From positions 3,473 to 67,472 of the forward strand of contig CAYMTY010000012.1 of NCBI GenBank assembly GCA_964393515.1: DNA of 64,000 bases, read 5' to 3'. Every line of letters begins with the position of its first letter. Position 1 is the first letter of the stretch. Below, piece after piece: positions 1-10,681 of this stretch. A program made the position numbers and the translations under genes. This DNA is from an uncultured Verrucomicrobiota bacterium (GTDB lineage: Bacteria; Verrucomicrobiota; Kiritimatiellia; CAIQIC01; Lenti-01). Under the pieces are notes generated by a model. It was not told the origin of the DNA. It saw only the letters and a program-made list of their open reading frames with translations, and searched no databases.

Positions 1-2382
1 TCGGAGGCGATCACGCCGCAGAGGAACAGGTGGGAAGCCGCCTCCGGCCCGGCCGCGCCGAGCGCCGCCCAGGGCAGCGCCGCCTCCCAGCGGGTGGTCT
101 CCGGGCTGGAGCCGTCCCCGCCCGTCGGACAGGGCGTGGTGCCCTCCCCGTCGAACTGCGAAAGCGGCGCCGCGGCCAGCGGCACAAACACACCGCTGTT
201 GGTACCCAGGTAATAGATGCCCTGGCCGAAGTCGTAGCCGCCATGGGTGAAATTCGTGTAGCCGGACCCGTCTCCATACTGGTTGCCCAGGATGAGGGCG
301 ATGTCCATCGGCTCGGTGAAGCGCACGTTGTGCAGGAAGTCCAGCGCGTTGGGCAGACCCGCCTTGTGCCAGAGGTTCCACGCATCGTCGGCCAGCGTAT
401 CCACGCCGAGGAACAGAATCGGCACGTTGTTGCTGCCGCCGAGGTCCAGGCCATGGCCGCCCAAATAGAGATGGGTTTCGTCGGCGTTGACCCAGATCTG
501 CCCGAAATCCCCGAACCCCAGCACGGCGTCCTGGGCCGCCAGCGGCGGCCCCGTCATCGCCAGGTCGAAATTGTCGCCGACATTGTTGGGCGGGGCGCCG
601 GTGGGATTGCTGGTGATGACCGGCGAATGGAGGTCCGCCACCGGCGCCGGCGGCCAGGCCCGGTTGGTGGCGCCCGCCACCGCAAATTGCCACGTGCGGT
701 GGTCATTGTCGTCCCGGCCGTTGTTGGCGGTAAACACGACGGCGAGGTCGGAGGCATGAGCCGGCACGGGGAATTCCGCCTCCCAGAGCGCGCCGGAGAC
801 ATTCGCCAGCGGCACGGGATTGGTCGCCGGAAACCGGCCGCCGGTGCACGCGACCCAGGCCGTCACCTGCGTGGCGCCCGCCAGCGGCCCCAAATCGGCC
901 TCGTAGCGGAGCGTGGCGTTGGAACCGGCCGTGGGCGGCGCGGGCGCCAGATCCACCCGCCCCAGCAGCGCCTGCCAGTTATGATCGAAGTTATTCGTCC
1001 AGTTTCCGGCGCCGTCGTGGAAGACGAACGCCAGGCGCTGCGTGGCCGTGGCCGGCACCGTGGATTCGTACACCCAGCGCTGGCGGACGGCATCCCACGT
1101 CATCGGCGCATCGGCGAAGGCGTTGGTGAAGATGTCCTGTCCGAGATGGATGTAGACCGGATCGGCGACGGCCAGCGGCCCTTCGGCGGCGTGGAAGAAA
1201 ATCCGGGCGGTCTGCCCGCGCAGCGGAAACGCCGGTTCCACGCGCACGGCCCGGTGGTGGGTCATGGTCTCGCTGTCGAACACCAGGCCGTCGCTGCGGA
1301 TGCCGCGTACCTGCATGACGTCGCCGGTGACGTGGCAGGACACGTAGTGGTAACAGGTCGTGGCGAAGGCATGCAGCGGCTCGCCCTCGGCGGAGCCGTA
1401 GGGATAGCCGCCGCCGCCGCCGCTGACCAGGTAGCGCACGCCGCGGACCGGCACCGTGCGCTGATAGTTGTGGCTGTGGCCGCTGAACAGCCAGTCGGCC
1501 TCGTACTTCACCAGCAGCGGCGACCAGTTGGTCTTGCCCTCGCCCCATCCCTCCCGCTCGCCCTGCGAATAAGGCGGGCGGTGGCAGGCGGCGATGATCC
1601 ACGTGACATTCGTGTCGTTGGCCGCGGCCTGCAGCTCGCGGGCCAGCCAGTTGGTTTGGGTTGGGGCTGCTTCCTCCGTGTTCAGACCGATGAACCGGAC
1701 GTTGCCGGCCGTGAACGCATAGTACGCGCGGCCCAGGGACGGCTCCGGCAGCGCGAACAGGCGGTGGTACATTCCCCGCTCGTGGTTCGGCACACCGGCG
1801 TTGTCCGGATCGTCGTGGTTGCCCAGCAGCGGCATGAACACGGCCTGCGCCAGCTCCTGGGAGCAGATCTGGAAGAAGTTGGTCCACGTGGAGAAGCCCG
1901 CGTTGGTATAGGCCTCGTCGGACATGTCGCCCATCTGCAGGATCCACTGCGGATCCTCCAGCGCGATGCGGGCGGCCACCCCCTGCGCCCATGTGTAGTC
2001 GAGGCCGCCTTGAAGGTCCCCGTGCACGGCGAAATGCAGCGGTTGGCCCGCCGCCGGCGCGGTCCGGAACGTGCCGGCCTGCAGATCTCCGGCGGTGGAG
2101 GAGGCTTCGTAGAAGTAGCGGGTGCCGGGCTGCAAACCGCGCAGCGTGATCGCGTGGCGGTACACGCCGCCGCCGTCCCGGACGATCCCGGCGTAGTTGG
2201 TGGTCAAGCCGTAGCGCACCGTGCCGCGCGCCGGCACGGGCGTGTCCCACGCGATGGTCGCAGTGGTGGCCGGATCCTCCATCCAGCTGACGCGCACCGG
2301 CGTGGCGTACTGGGCTGCCGCCGTCCCCGCCCAGACCGCCAGCCCCAGCCCGGCCAGCCACCCGCATGTCCATATCCGTTTC
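1..2382 (-). CDS. Secreted metallophosphoesterase (calcineurin-like / purple-acid-phosphatase-like). C-terminus runs off the left window edge.
   Basis: Manual translation of the minus strand from ATG at 2382: MKRIWTCGWLAGLGLAVWAGTAAAQ (signal peptide). Metallophosphatase motifs are present: GDMSDE (about 1930), GNHDD (about 1815), GHSHNYQR (about 1470). The ORF is not in the track because it is truncated by the window edge. The plus-strand ORF 30..2414 and minus-strand ORF 991..2373 are antisense or frame artefacts. Confidence 0.8.
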
Positions 2383-2489
2383 ATGTGTATCCGCCCCGGT
2401 TCATTTCAAGCTAGCCGCCGGCCGGCTAAAACGCAAATGCGAACCGTTTCCCCCTGTCATTTTCGCTTTTTCGTGCTATTTTTCCCGCC

Positions 2490-5102
2490 ATGAACCGGAT
2501 GGTCCGTCACTTCGGCGCTTGTGCCGCCCTGCTGCTTACCCAGGAGTTCGCCATGTCCCAGGATCCCGTGGATGTCTTGAAAGCCGCCAACACCCACGTC
2601 CGGCGCCTCGTGCTGGACAACGGCCTGGTCGTCCTGCTCAAGGAGGACCGCAGCGCCCCGCTGGTGGCCCTCCAGTTCTGGGTCGGCGCCGGCTCCATCC
2701 ACGAGGATGAAAAACTCGGCGGAGGTCTCGCCCACTTTCTCGAGCACATGGTCTTCAAGGGCACGGCGACCCGCGGCCCCGGCCAGGTCTCCCAGGAGAT
2801 CGCCGACGCCGGCGGCGAGATCAACGCCTACACCTCGACCGACCGCACCGTGTTCCACGCCTCGCTCCCCGCCGCCCATTGGCGCACCGGCCTCGATGTC
2901 CTGGCCGATGCCGTCTTCAATCCTTCCTTCCCCGCCGACGAATGGGAACGCGAGCGCGAGGTCATCCTGCGCGAGGTCGACATGGGCGAGGACGACCCCG
3001 GCCGCGTCCACGGCCGGCTGACCGGCGAAACCGCCTACCGCGTCCACCCCTACCGCATCCCCGTCATCGGCTGGCGCGATATCCTGGTCACCATGGACCG
3101 CGACGACCTCGTTGCCTACCACCGCCGGCATTACTCGCCCGACAATATGATCCTCGCCGTCGCCGGGGCCGTGCCGGTGGACGAGTTGGAGGCCGCTGTC
3201 CGCGAGCGCCTGGAGAAGATTCCCCGCACGGCCCGCCCGCCGGCCCCCGTTCCGGCGGAGCCCCCGCAACTGGCCGAGCGCCACGGCCGCAAGACCGGCG
3301 CCTACGAAGTCACCCGCATCAACTGGGTCTTCCATACCACCGACCTGGCCGATCCCGACACGCCCGCCCTCGACGTCCTGGCTTCCGTCGTGGGTTCCGG
3401 CCGCGCCTCCCCCCTCGTCAAGCAACTGCGCGAGGAACGCCGGCTCGTTCTCAACGTGGACGCCTGGAGCTACACGCCCAAGGATCCCGGCCTTTTCGGC
3501 CTCTCCGCCGAATGCGAGCCGGAAAAGGAGGCGGACGTCATCGCCGCCCTGCGCGCGGAAGTCGCGCGCTGGCAGGCCGAACCGTTCGACCCGGCCCGCC
3601 TCGAACAGGCCCGCCGCGAAGTGCTGGCCGGCGCCATCCAGGAACTCGCCACGATGGACGGCCAGGCGGGCTCCATGGCTTCCGGCGAGTTCTATGCCGG
3701 CGATCCGCGCCACGTCGAAACCTACCTGGAGCAGGTCCGGCAGGTCACCCCCGGCGATCTCGCCCGCGTCGCCCGCAAATACCTCCGCCCCGAAAACGGC
3801 TCGTGGGCCATCCTCGCCCCCGCGGCCGCCGCGGCCGCCGCCCCCGCCGCCGCGGCCGCCGCCGGCCAGGAGGTCCAACTGCTGACGTTGTCCAACGGCC
3901 TGCGACTCGTGGTCCGCGAAGATCCGCGCCTGCCCATGGCCTATGTCGCCGCCGTCCTCGGCGGCGGCCTCCTGGCCGAGGCCGAGGGGCAGGCCGGCCT
4001 CTCCCAACTGACCTCCGACCTCCTCACGCGCGGCACGTCGCGGCACACCGCCCCGGAACTGGCCGCCATGCTCGAAGCCCGCGCCATCGCGCTGTCCGCC
4101 TTCTCCGGCCGCAACAGCTATGGCCTCAACGCCGCGGGGCTCTCCGAAGACCTGCCCCTCATGCTGGCCACCGTGGCGGAATGCCTGCTTGAATCGCAAT
4201 TCCCCGTCGACGAGCTCGACAAGCAGCGGGCCCTGCAGCTGGCCGCCATCCGGCGCGAACTCGAACGCCCCATCACCCACGCCCAGCAAATGGTCCGCGA
4301 GAGCTTCTTCCCGGGGCACCCCTACCGGTTCTCCCCGCTGGGTGACCCGGACACGGTGGCCGCCCTCTCCCGCGACACGCTCCTGGCCCACCACCGGAAT
4401 CTGCTGGGTCCGTCCAACCTCGTGCTGGCGGTGTTCGGTGACGTGCGCGCCGCCGCGGTCGCCGCGCAGGTGGAACAGGCCTTCGCCGCCCTGCCCCGCA
4501 ATCCTGCGCCCGCCTGGCCGCCCCTGCCCCCGGCTCCGGCCCAACCCGTGCGCGCCGAAAAGCGCCTGCCGTTCAAGCAAACCGTCCTGGTCCGCGCCTG
4601 GCCGGGCATCGCCGCCGGCGATCCGCGCGAAGACGCCGTGGCCGTCCTTCTCGACGCCCTCAACGGCTTGTCCTCGGACCTGTTCCTCGAGGTCCGGGAC
4701 AAGCGCGGTCTGGCCTACTACACCGGCGCCCTGCACTTCAGCGGGCCCGTGGGTGGCCTCTTCATGATCTACGCCGGCACCACCGCGGAGGGCCGCGCCG
4801 TGGTCGAAACCCAGATCCAGACCCAGGTCGACCGCCTCCGCCAGGCCGGCCTGCGCGACGAAGAGTTCGCCCGCGCCCTCGCGCAATTGCAGGCCGAAAC
4901 CGCCCGCGTCCGGCAGAACAACGCCGGCCTGGCGCAGCAATGCGCCCTCGACGAACTGCTCGGCCTCGGCTACGCCCACTCCCTCGATGCCGCCCAGCGC
5001 CTCGAGCAGCTCGCGCCCGAGGCCGTCCGCGCCGCCGCCGAATCCCTCTTCGCCGCCGCCGGCGACGCCACCGCCGTGGTTTTGCCCGGCGACAACCCGT
5101 GA
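2490..5102 (+). CDS. M16-family zinc metallopeptidase (pitrilysin/insulinase-like), tandem M16 active + inactive halves, secreted
   Basis: Inverted zinc motif HFLEH. The N-terminal half has the M16 catalytic fold and the second half (LLTLSNGLRLVVREDPRLP...) is the non-catalytic M16 repeat. 870 aa with an N-terminal hydrophobic segment. Confidence 0.85.
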   Translation: MNRMVRHFGACAALLLTQEFAMSQDPVDVLKAANTHVRRLVLDNGLVVLLKEDRSAPLVALQFWVGAGSIHEDEKLGGGLAHFLEHMVFKGTATRGPGQVSQEIADAGGEINAYTSTDRTVFHASLPAAHWRTGLDVLADAVFNPSFPADEWEREREVILREVDMGEDDPGRVHGRLTGETAYRVHPYRIPVIGWRDILVTMDRDDLVAYHRRHYSPDNMILAVAGAVPVDELEAAVRERLEKIPRTARPPAPVPAEPPQLAERHGRKTGAYEVTRINWVFHTTDLADPDTPALDVLASVVGSGRASPLVKQLREERRLVLNVDAWSYTPKDPGLFGLSAECEPEKEADVIAALRAEVARWQAEPFDPARLEQARREVLAGAIQELATMDGQAGSMASGEFYAGDPRHVETYLEQVRQVTPGDLARVARKYLRPENGSWAILAPAAAAAAAPAAAAAAGQEVQLLTLSNGLRLVVREDPRLPMAYVAAVLGGGLLAEAEGQAGLSQLTSDLLTRGTSRHTAPELAAMLEARAIALSAFSGRNSYGLNAAGLSEDLPLMLATVAECLLESQFPVDELDKQRALQLAAIRRELERPITHAQQMVRESFFPGHPYRFSPLGDPDTVAALSRDTLLAHHRNLLGPSNLVLAVFGDVRAAAVAAQVEQAFAALPRNPAPAWPPLPPAPAQPVRAEKRLPFKQTVLVRAWPGIAAGDPREDAVAVLLDALNGLSSDLFLEVRDKRGLAYYTGALHFSGPVGGLFMIYAGTTAEGRAVVETQIQTQVDRLRQAGLRDEEFARALAQLQAETARVRQNNAGLAQQCALDELLGLGYAHSLDAAQRLEQLAPEAVRAAAESLFAAAGDATAVVLPGDNP

Positions 5103-5839
5103 GCCGCCCGTTCTACCAGCGCAAGCGGACCTGGGCCCTCGCGGCCGTTGCGCTGGCGGGTTTCCTGGCCGCGGTCTACTGGCCCGAAATCACGGCCTTC
5201 CTCGACCGCTGGGACCTGCCGCACCTGCGGAAAGCCGTGCGGGCCGCCGGGGCCTGGGGGCCGCTGCTGTGCATCCTGCTTAACGCCCTCTTCACCGTGC
5301 TGAGCCTGCCGACCACTCTGGTCTGCATCGTCGTCGGACTGCTGTTTGGCGTGGGGCGGGGCCTGCCCATCTGTCTCGCCGGGCTGACCCTCGGCATGGC
5401 TGCCTCGTTCCTGATCGCCCGCTACCTGGCCCGCGGCTGGCTCCAGCGCCGCATCGGCCATACCCGGCTCTTCGCCCGGCTGGAGGAGAGCATGCGCCGC
5501 GAAGGCTGGAAAATCGTGGTCTTCACCCGCCTCCTGCCGGTCAACCCGTTCAGCGTCCTGAACTACGCCTACGGCCTCACCAACATCCCGTTCTGGCGCT
5601 ATCTGCTGGCCTCCGCCGTCGGCATCATCCCCAACATCCTCGCGCTCCTGTGGACCGTCAAGGCCGCCGGCAAACTCGCCCGGGGCCAGATGGATTGGCG
5701 CGTGCTCCTGATCCTCTTCGCCGGCGCCGGCCTGTTCGCCGTCCTCGCCTGGCTGCCGAAATACCTCCGGCGAAAACCCCGCTTCGCCGGCCTGCCGGGC
5801 ACAGCCGATGACGAGGACGGCGGAAGCTGCTCCGATTAA
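5099..5839 (+). CDS. TVP38/TMEM64 (DedA/SNARE-associated) family inner-membrane protein
   Basis: Multi-pass hydrophobic protein with a DedA-type core: LPTTLVCIVVGLLFG ... RLLPVNPFSVLNYAYGLTNIPFWRYLLAS. A GTG start at 5099 overlaps the M16 stop. The track's upstream extension to 4940 lies inside the M16 gene. Confidence 0.7.
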   Translation: MSRPFYQRKRTWALAAVALAGFLAAVYWPEITAFLDRWDLPHLRKAVRAAGAWGPLLCILLNALFTVLSLPTTLVCIVVGLLFGVGRGLPICLAGLTLGMAASFLIARYLARGWLQRRIGHTRLFARLEESMRREGWKIVVFTRLLPVNPFSVLNYAYGLTNIPFWRYLLASAVGIIPNILALLWTVKAAGKLARGQMDWRVLLILFAGAGLFAVLAWLPKYLRRKPRFAGLPGTADDEDGGSCSD

Positions 5840-5908
5840 AGGTCCGCCGCCGCGCCCCCGCCCATTTCCGCATTGCCCCGCCGGACGCCGGCGAATATCA
5901 TGCCGCCA

Positions 5909-6835
5909 ATGAAAAATCTGGTCATTCTGGGGTCCGGCCCCGCCGGCTTGACCGCCGCCCTCTACGCCGGCCGCGCCGGCCTCGCCCCCCTCGTCCTCGA
6001 CGGCCCCAACCCCGGCGGGCCGCTCATCACCACCCCCCTCATCGAGAACATTCCCGGCTTTCCCGACGGCATCGCCGGCTTTGAATTCATCGAACTGCTG
6101 CGCCGGCAGGCGGAGAAATTCGGCGCCCGCTTCCAAAGCGCCCAGGTGGAAAAGCTGATCCCCCGCCCCGGCGGCGGCGCCGACCTCCGGCTCGCCGACG
6201 GCGCCACGATCGCCGCCGACGTCGTCATCATCGCCACTGGCGCCGACCACCGGCTCCTCGGCCTGCCCGGCGAAAAGGAACTCGCCGGCCACGGCATCTC
6301 CTACTGCGCCACCTGCGACGGCGCCTTCCACCGCGGCCAGCACATCGCCGTCGTCGGCGGCGGCGACACCGCCATGGAGGAAGCCCTTTTCCTGACGCGC
6401 TTCGCCTCCCAGGTCACCGTCATCCACCGCCGCGACGCCTTCCGCGCCTCCAAGATCATGGCCAACCGCGTGCGGGAACACCCCAAGATCCAGGTGCGCT
6501 GGAATTCCGTGGTCGCGGAACTGATCGACCCGGCCAAAGGCAAACTCACCGCCCTGAAGCTGCGCGACGTGAAGACCGGCACCGAAAGCCTCCTCGAGGT
6601 CGGCGCGCTGTTCGTGGCCATCGGCCTCGAACCGGCCACCAGGCCCTTCGAGGACGCGCTGGAATGCGACGCCAACGGCTACCTCGTCACCAACGGCGTC
6701 CTGACCAAGCATTGCTGCATCTTCGTCGCCGGCGACGTCGCCGACGCCCGCTACCGGCAGGCCGTCACCGCCGCCGGGGCCGGCTGCCGCGCCGCCATCG
6801 AGGCCATGCATTACCTGGAATCCCTCGGCGCATGA
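5909..6835 (+). CDS. trxB: Thioredoxin reductase
   Basis: FAD motif GSGPAG, redox-active CATC in YCATCDG, NADPH motif GGGDTA, and full-length TrxB architecture. Alternative upstream starts at 5873 or 5900. Confidence 0.9.
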   Translation: MKNLVILGSGPAGLTAALYAGRAGLAPLVLDGPNPGGPLITTPLIENIPGFPDGIAGFEFIELLRRQAEKFGARFQSAQVEKLIPRPGGGADLRLADGATIAADVVIIATGADHRLLGLPGEKELAGHGISYCATCDGAFHRGQHIAVVGGGDTAMEEALFLTRFASQVTVIHRRDAFRASKIMANRVREHPKIQVRWNSVVAELIDPAKGKLTALKLRDVKTGTESLLEVGALFVAIGLEPATRPFEDALECDANGYLVTNGVLTKHCCIFVAGDVADARYRQAVTAAGAGCRAAIEAMHYLESLGA

Positions 6836-8667
6836 CCGCGGAAACCCGCAAGCTGTCCGACCGCGAACGGCAGATCTACCTGCGCGTGCTGACGCGCTCC
6901 CGGCCGTACCGCGGCCGCCTGGCGCTGGCGGTCTTCTTCGGCATGACCTATGGCGGCTCCCTGTTCGGGCTGTTCGCCTCCGCCAAGGGCGGCATGACCC
7001 AGGTCTTCGGCGGCGCCGCCACCCGCCTGCAGACCGCCGTCTCCGCCTGGGCGGAACGCTGGTTCGCGGGCGAGACGGGGAACAGCTGGCTGGTCACCGC
7101 CCTCGTGCTCGGCCTCGTGCTGTTCTTCGTGCTCCTGCGCGGCCTCAGCTTCTTCCTCAGCAAGTACCTCATCGAGTGGGTCGCCCAGCGCGTGGTCATG
7201 GGCCTGCGCAACGACCTCTTCGCCCGCATCCTGCGCCTGCCCCTGCTCTACTTCACCGGTTCGCGCACCGGCGAACTCATGTCCCGCACCCTCAACGATA
7301 CTCAGCTCATCGAGCGCGGCATCACCGAGGTCATCTGCGACCTCGTCCAGCAGCCGTTCGTCCTCCTCGGCGCGGCGACCGCCCTGCTGCTCATCGACCT
7401 GCGCCTGGCCGTCGTCAGCCTGGCGATCTTCCCCGTGTGCGTCCTGCCCGTCCTGCTGTTCGGCAAGCGCGTCCGCCGCCATTCCAAGGCCGGCCAGGAG
7501 CGCATCGCCGACCTCTCCAGCCTCCAGCAGGAGGTCATCGCCGGGGCGGCCATCGTCAAGGCCTTCGGCACCGAAACCCGCGAGCAGGCGCGGTTCGAGA
7601 AGCACAGCTTCGATTTCTTCCGCCGGCAGGTCAAGATCATCGCCTCCAAGGCCGCCGTCAACCCGCTCATGGAACTGTTCTCCGCCCTGGCCGCCTGCGC
7701 CATCCTCGTCTACGCTCGCCACGCCGGTCTCCAGCTGGCCGACATCTTCATCTTCATCGGCGCCATGGTCGTCATGTACGACCCCGCCAAGAAGCTGTCC
7801 CGCGTCCACCTCGTCATCCAGCAGAGCAGCGCCGCCGCCGAACGCATTTTCACCATTCTCGACACCGAAGACACCGTCGCCGACCTGCCCGGCGCCGCGG
7901 AGTTCGCCGGCCCCATCCGCGAAATCCGCTACGAGGGCATTTCGTTCGCCTACGGCGCCGGCCAGCCGCGCGTCCTCGACGGCATCGATTTCGCCGCCCG
8001 CACCGGTGAACTCGTCGCCCTCGTCGGCGGCTCCGGCTCCGGCAAGACCACCCTGGTCAACCTCCTGCCGCGCTTTTTCGACCCGACCGCCGGCCACGTC
8101 CGCCTTGACGGCCGCGACCTGCGCGAATTCACCCTCGCCAGCCTCCGCCGCCGCATCGGCCTCGTCACCCAGGAAACCATCCTCTTCAACGACACCGTGT
8201 TCGCCAACATCGCCTACGGCGAGCCCGGCGCCACCCGCGCACAGGTCGAGGCCGCCGCGAAAAAGGCCCACGCCCACGAGTTCATCCTCGCCATGCCCAG
8301 GGGCTACGACACCGTCATCGCCGAGCGCGGCCTGCTCCTTTCCGGCGGCCAGCGCCAGCGCCTCGCCATCGCCCGCGCCCTCCTGCGCAATCCGCCCATC
8401 CTCATCCTCGATGAGGCCACCAGCGCCCTCGACACCGAATCCGAACGCGCCGTGCAGGCGGCCCTCAACGAGGCCATGCAGGGCCGCACTGTCTTCGCCA
8501 TCGCCCACCGCCTCTCCACCATCCAGCGCGCCAACCAGATCCTCGTCCTCGACCGCGGCCGCATCGCCGAGCGCGGCCGCCATGAAGAACTCCTTGCCCG
8601 CGATGGCATCTACTGCCGCCTTTACCATATGCAGTTCGAACACCAGGCCGCCGGAACCCCGCCATGA
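6832..8667 (+). CDS. msbA: ABC exporter, fused permease + ATPase (MsbA/lipid A exporter family)
   Basis: A six-TM N-terminal domain is followed by Walker A GGSGSGKTT, ABC signature LSGGQRQR and Walker B ILILDEAT. The ATG at 6832 overlaps the trxB stop. Confidence 0.85.
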   Translation: MTAETRKLSDRERQIYLRVLTRSRPYRGRLALAVFFGMTYGGSLFGLFASAKGGMTQVFGGAATRLQTAVSAWAERWFAGETGNSWLVTALVLGLVLFFVLLRGLSFFLSKYLIEWVAQRVVMGLRNDLFARILRLPLLYFTGSRTGELMSRTLNDTQLIERGITEVICDLVQQPFVLLGAATALLLIDLRLAVVSLAIFPVCVLPVLLFGKRVRRHSKAGQERIADLSSLQQEVIAGAAIVKAFGTETREQARFEKHSFDFFRRQVKIIASKAAVNPLMELFSALAACAILVYARHAGLQLADIFIFIGAMVVMYDPAKKLSRVHLVIQQSSAAAERIFTILDTEDTVADLPGAAEFAGPIREIRYEGISFAYGAGQPRVLDGIDFAARTGELVALVGGSGSGKTTLVNLLPRFFDPTAGHVRLDGRDLREFTLASLRRRIGLVTQETILFNDTVFANIAYGEPGATRAQVEAAAKKAHAHEFILAMPRGYDTVIAERGLLLSGGQRQRLAIARALLRNPPILILDEATSALDTESERAVQAALNEAMQGRTVFAIAHRLSTIQRANQILVLDRGRIAERGRHEELLARDGIYCRLYHMQFEHQAAGTPP

Positions 8668-8945
8668 ACGCCATCGAAGCCCACCTGCTGAGCGCCCTCT
8701 GCGCCATCCGCGACCCCGTCGAAATGCGCCGGGTCCTCGCCGACCTTTTGACCCCCGCCGAATACAAGGCCCTCCGCAAACGCTGGACCATCCTGCGACT
8801 CCTGCGCGCCGGCGTCCCCCAGCGCGAAATCGCCCGCCGCATCGGCGGCAGCCTCTGCAACGTCACCCGCGGCGCCCGCCTCATGCACAACCCCGATTGC
8901 GCCTCCGCCCGCCTCATGGACCGGCTCGAAAAGGCTTCCCGCTAG
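8664..8945 (+). CDS. TrpR-family (Trp repressor-like, YerC/YecD-type) HTH protein
   Basis: 93 aa. The LLTPAEYKALRKRWTILRLLRAGVPQREIARRIGGSLCNVTRG segment aligns with E. coli TrpR [45 protein letters not shown]. The start overlaps the msbA stop (ATGA). Confidence 0.7.
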   Translation: MNAIEAHLLSALCAIRDPVEMRRVLADLLTPAEYKALRKRWTILRLLRAGVPQREIARRIGGSLCNVTRGARLMHNPDCASARLMDRLEKASR

Positions 8946-9083
8946 AATCCGGTACAGAAACGCGCCCGTTCCATTCCGAACCGCCGGGTCAACGCCCCAG
9001 CCTACAACCGAGCCGTTGAACCCTGATCCGCCCAACCACCCGCCGGTAGCCCGGCGCGAGGAGGCGGATGACGGCTTACTTCC

Positions 9084-9125
9084 TTGGTCATTGGATATTG
9101 GGTATTGGATATTGGATATTGGATA
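9084..9125. repeat. Heptanucleotide tandem repeat (TTGGATA/TTGGTCA/TTGGGTA) x6 immediately upstream of nfeD
   Basis: Direct reading: ttggtca ttggata ttgggta ttggata ttggata ttggata. This is an AT-rich microsatellite in a GC-rich genome. Confidence 0.9.
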
Positions 9126-9149
9126 TTGAGTTTTCCGTCCCCCCGCCCC

Positions 9150-10565
9150 ATGCTGGCGGGCATGAAAGCCATCTTTCTGTTGTTCGCCGCCCTGCTGGCC
9201 GTTTCCGCCGGCGCCGCAGCGGAATCCGATCTGCCCGCCCCGGCCCCGGAGGCCCCGGTCTACATCATCCCTATCCGCGGCCAGATCGAGGGCGCCCTGC
9301 TCTACGTCATCCGCCGCGGCCTCGCCGAGGCCGAACAGCGGAACGCCGCCGCGGTCGTCTTCGTCATGGACACCCCCGGCGGCACCCTCGGCGCCGCCAG
9401 CGACATCGTCCGCTCCATCCAGGCCGCCAAGCCCCCGGTTTACACCTTTGTCGAGAAAGACGCCTTCTCGGCCGGGGCCATCATCGCCCTTGCCACCAAG
9501 GCCATCTACATGGCCCCCGGTTCCGTCATCGGCGATGCCCTGCCCATCATGATGACGCCCTTTGGCGGCGTTCAGGAAATGCCCGAGGGCGTCGAGGAAA
9601 AGGCCGTCTCGGCCGTCGCCGCCCTCGTGCGCTCTGCCGCCCAGACCGCCGGCCACGACCCCGAACTGGCCGAAAAAATGGTCCGCCGCGAAACCGAGTT
9701 CAAGATCGGCGACGAAGTCATCAGCCCCGCCGGCCGGCTCCTGACGCTCACCGCCGAAGAGGCCGCCCGCCCCGGCAAGGAGGACAAGCCCCTGCTGTCC
9801 GCCGGCACCGTCAAGGATGTTCCCGCCGTCCTGGCAACCCTTGGGCTGGCCAAACAGCCCGTCGTCGAAATGCAGATCACGTCGACGGAAAAAATCGCGC
9901 GGCTGATCGCCGCCGCCGCGCCCATCCTGATGATCATCGGCTTTCTCGGCATCTACATCGAGATTAAGACCCCCGGCTTCGGCCTGCCCGGCGTCCTGGG
10001 CGCCGCCTGCCTCGCCCTCTTTTTCTGGGGCCACCACATCGCCGGCCTCGCCGGCCTGGAGGACCTGGTGATCCTGATCCTCGGGATCGCCCTGATCCTG
10101 GTGGAGATCTTCCTGATCCCCGGCTTCGGCTTCACCGGGATCTTCGGAATCGCCCTCGTGCTGGTGGCCCTGGTCGGCGCGATGGTCCGCATCGTTCCCG
10201 GCGGCGGTGTTTGGTGGCCATCCTGGGGCGATTTGCAGACGCCCATCTTCAAGACCGGCATTGCGCTGGTCGGCACCGGCGCGGGCACACTCCTGCTGGG
10301 GCGTTTTCTTCCCCAGAGCCGCCTGTTCGGCCGGCTCACCCTCTCCGCCGCAACCGCCGCCGCCGCCGGCTACACCGCCGCGCCCGATTCCTCCGCGCTG
10401 GTCGGCCGGACCGGCACCGCCGCGACCCCCCTCCACCCCGCCGGCGCCGCCCGCTTCGGCGGCGACCGCCTCGATGTCGTCACCTCCGGCGAATTCCTCG
10501 CTGCCGGCACCCCCGTCCGCATCATCGAGGCGTACGGCAGCCGCATCGTCGTCCAAAAGGTCTGA
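9150..10565 (+). CDS. NfeD-family membrane-bound ClpP-class serine protease (long form)
   Basis: Signal/TM segment, then a ClpP-like domain (VYIIPIRGQIEGALLYVIRRGL...VFVMDTPGG...AFSAGAIIALA), a multi-TM middle and a C-terminal OB-like domain. Start chosen at MLAGMKAIFLL. The track start at 9084 lies inside the heptad repeat. Confidence 0.75.
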   Translation: MLAGMKAIFLLFAALLAVSAGAAAESDLPAPAPEAPVYIIPIRGQIEGALLYVIRRGLAEAEQRNAAAVVFVMDTPGGTLGAASDIVRSIQAAKPPVYTFVEKDAFSAGAIIALATKAIYMAPGSVIGDALPIMMTPFGGVQEMPEGVEEKAVSAVAALVRSAAQTAGHDPELAEKMVRRETEFKIGDEVISPAGRLLTLTAEEAARPGKEDKPLLSAGTVKDVPAVLATLGLAKQPVVEMQITSTEKIARLIAAAAPILMIIGFLGIYIEIKTPGFGLPGVLGAACLALFFWGHHIAGLAGLEDLVILILGIALILVEIFLIPGFGFTGIFGIALVLVALVGAMVRIVPGGGVWWPSWGDLQTPIFKTGIALVGTGAGTLLLGRFLPQSRLFGRLTLSAATAAAAGYTAAPDSSALVGRTGTAATPLHPAGAARFGGDRLDVVTSGEFLAAGTPVRIIEAYGSRIVVQKV

Positions 10566-10681
10566 GGCCGGTTCGCTCCCCGGCCGGCAGCCCGGCGGGC
10601 AGGAAATGCGGGCAGGAAATGCTTGCCGCCGCTCCTTCCGCACCGTAGGATTACGGACAGCCAGCGAACGGAGCAGCGCGC

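Noticed and set aside
30-2414. 794-aa plus-strand ORF and 460-aa minus ORF (991..2373) at the left end
   Set aside because: Both are low-complexity Arg/Gly/Pro-rich translations. The third minus frame gives a clean metallophosphoesterase with a signal peptide and all catalytic motifs, so these are frame or antisense artefacts of high GC.
2457-4979. 840-aa minus ORF antisense to the M16 peptidase
   Set aside because: Gly/Ala/Arg-rich and low-complexity, with no motifs. The sense strand encodes a clear HxxEH peptidase.
4970-8643. 613-aa and 610-aa minus ORFs antisense to DedA/trxB and msbA
   Set aside because: Poly-Gly/Ala/Asp compositions. The sense strand carries unambiguous TrxB and ABC-exporter motifs.
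8622-10643. 673-aa minus ORF over nfeD
   Set aside because: Antisense artefact. Its odd QYPISNIQYPISN segment is just the translated TTGGATA heptad repeat.
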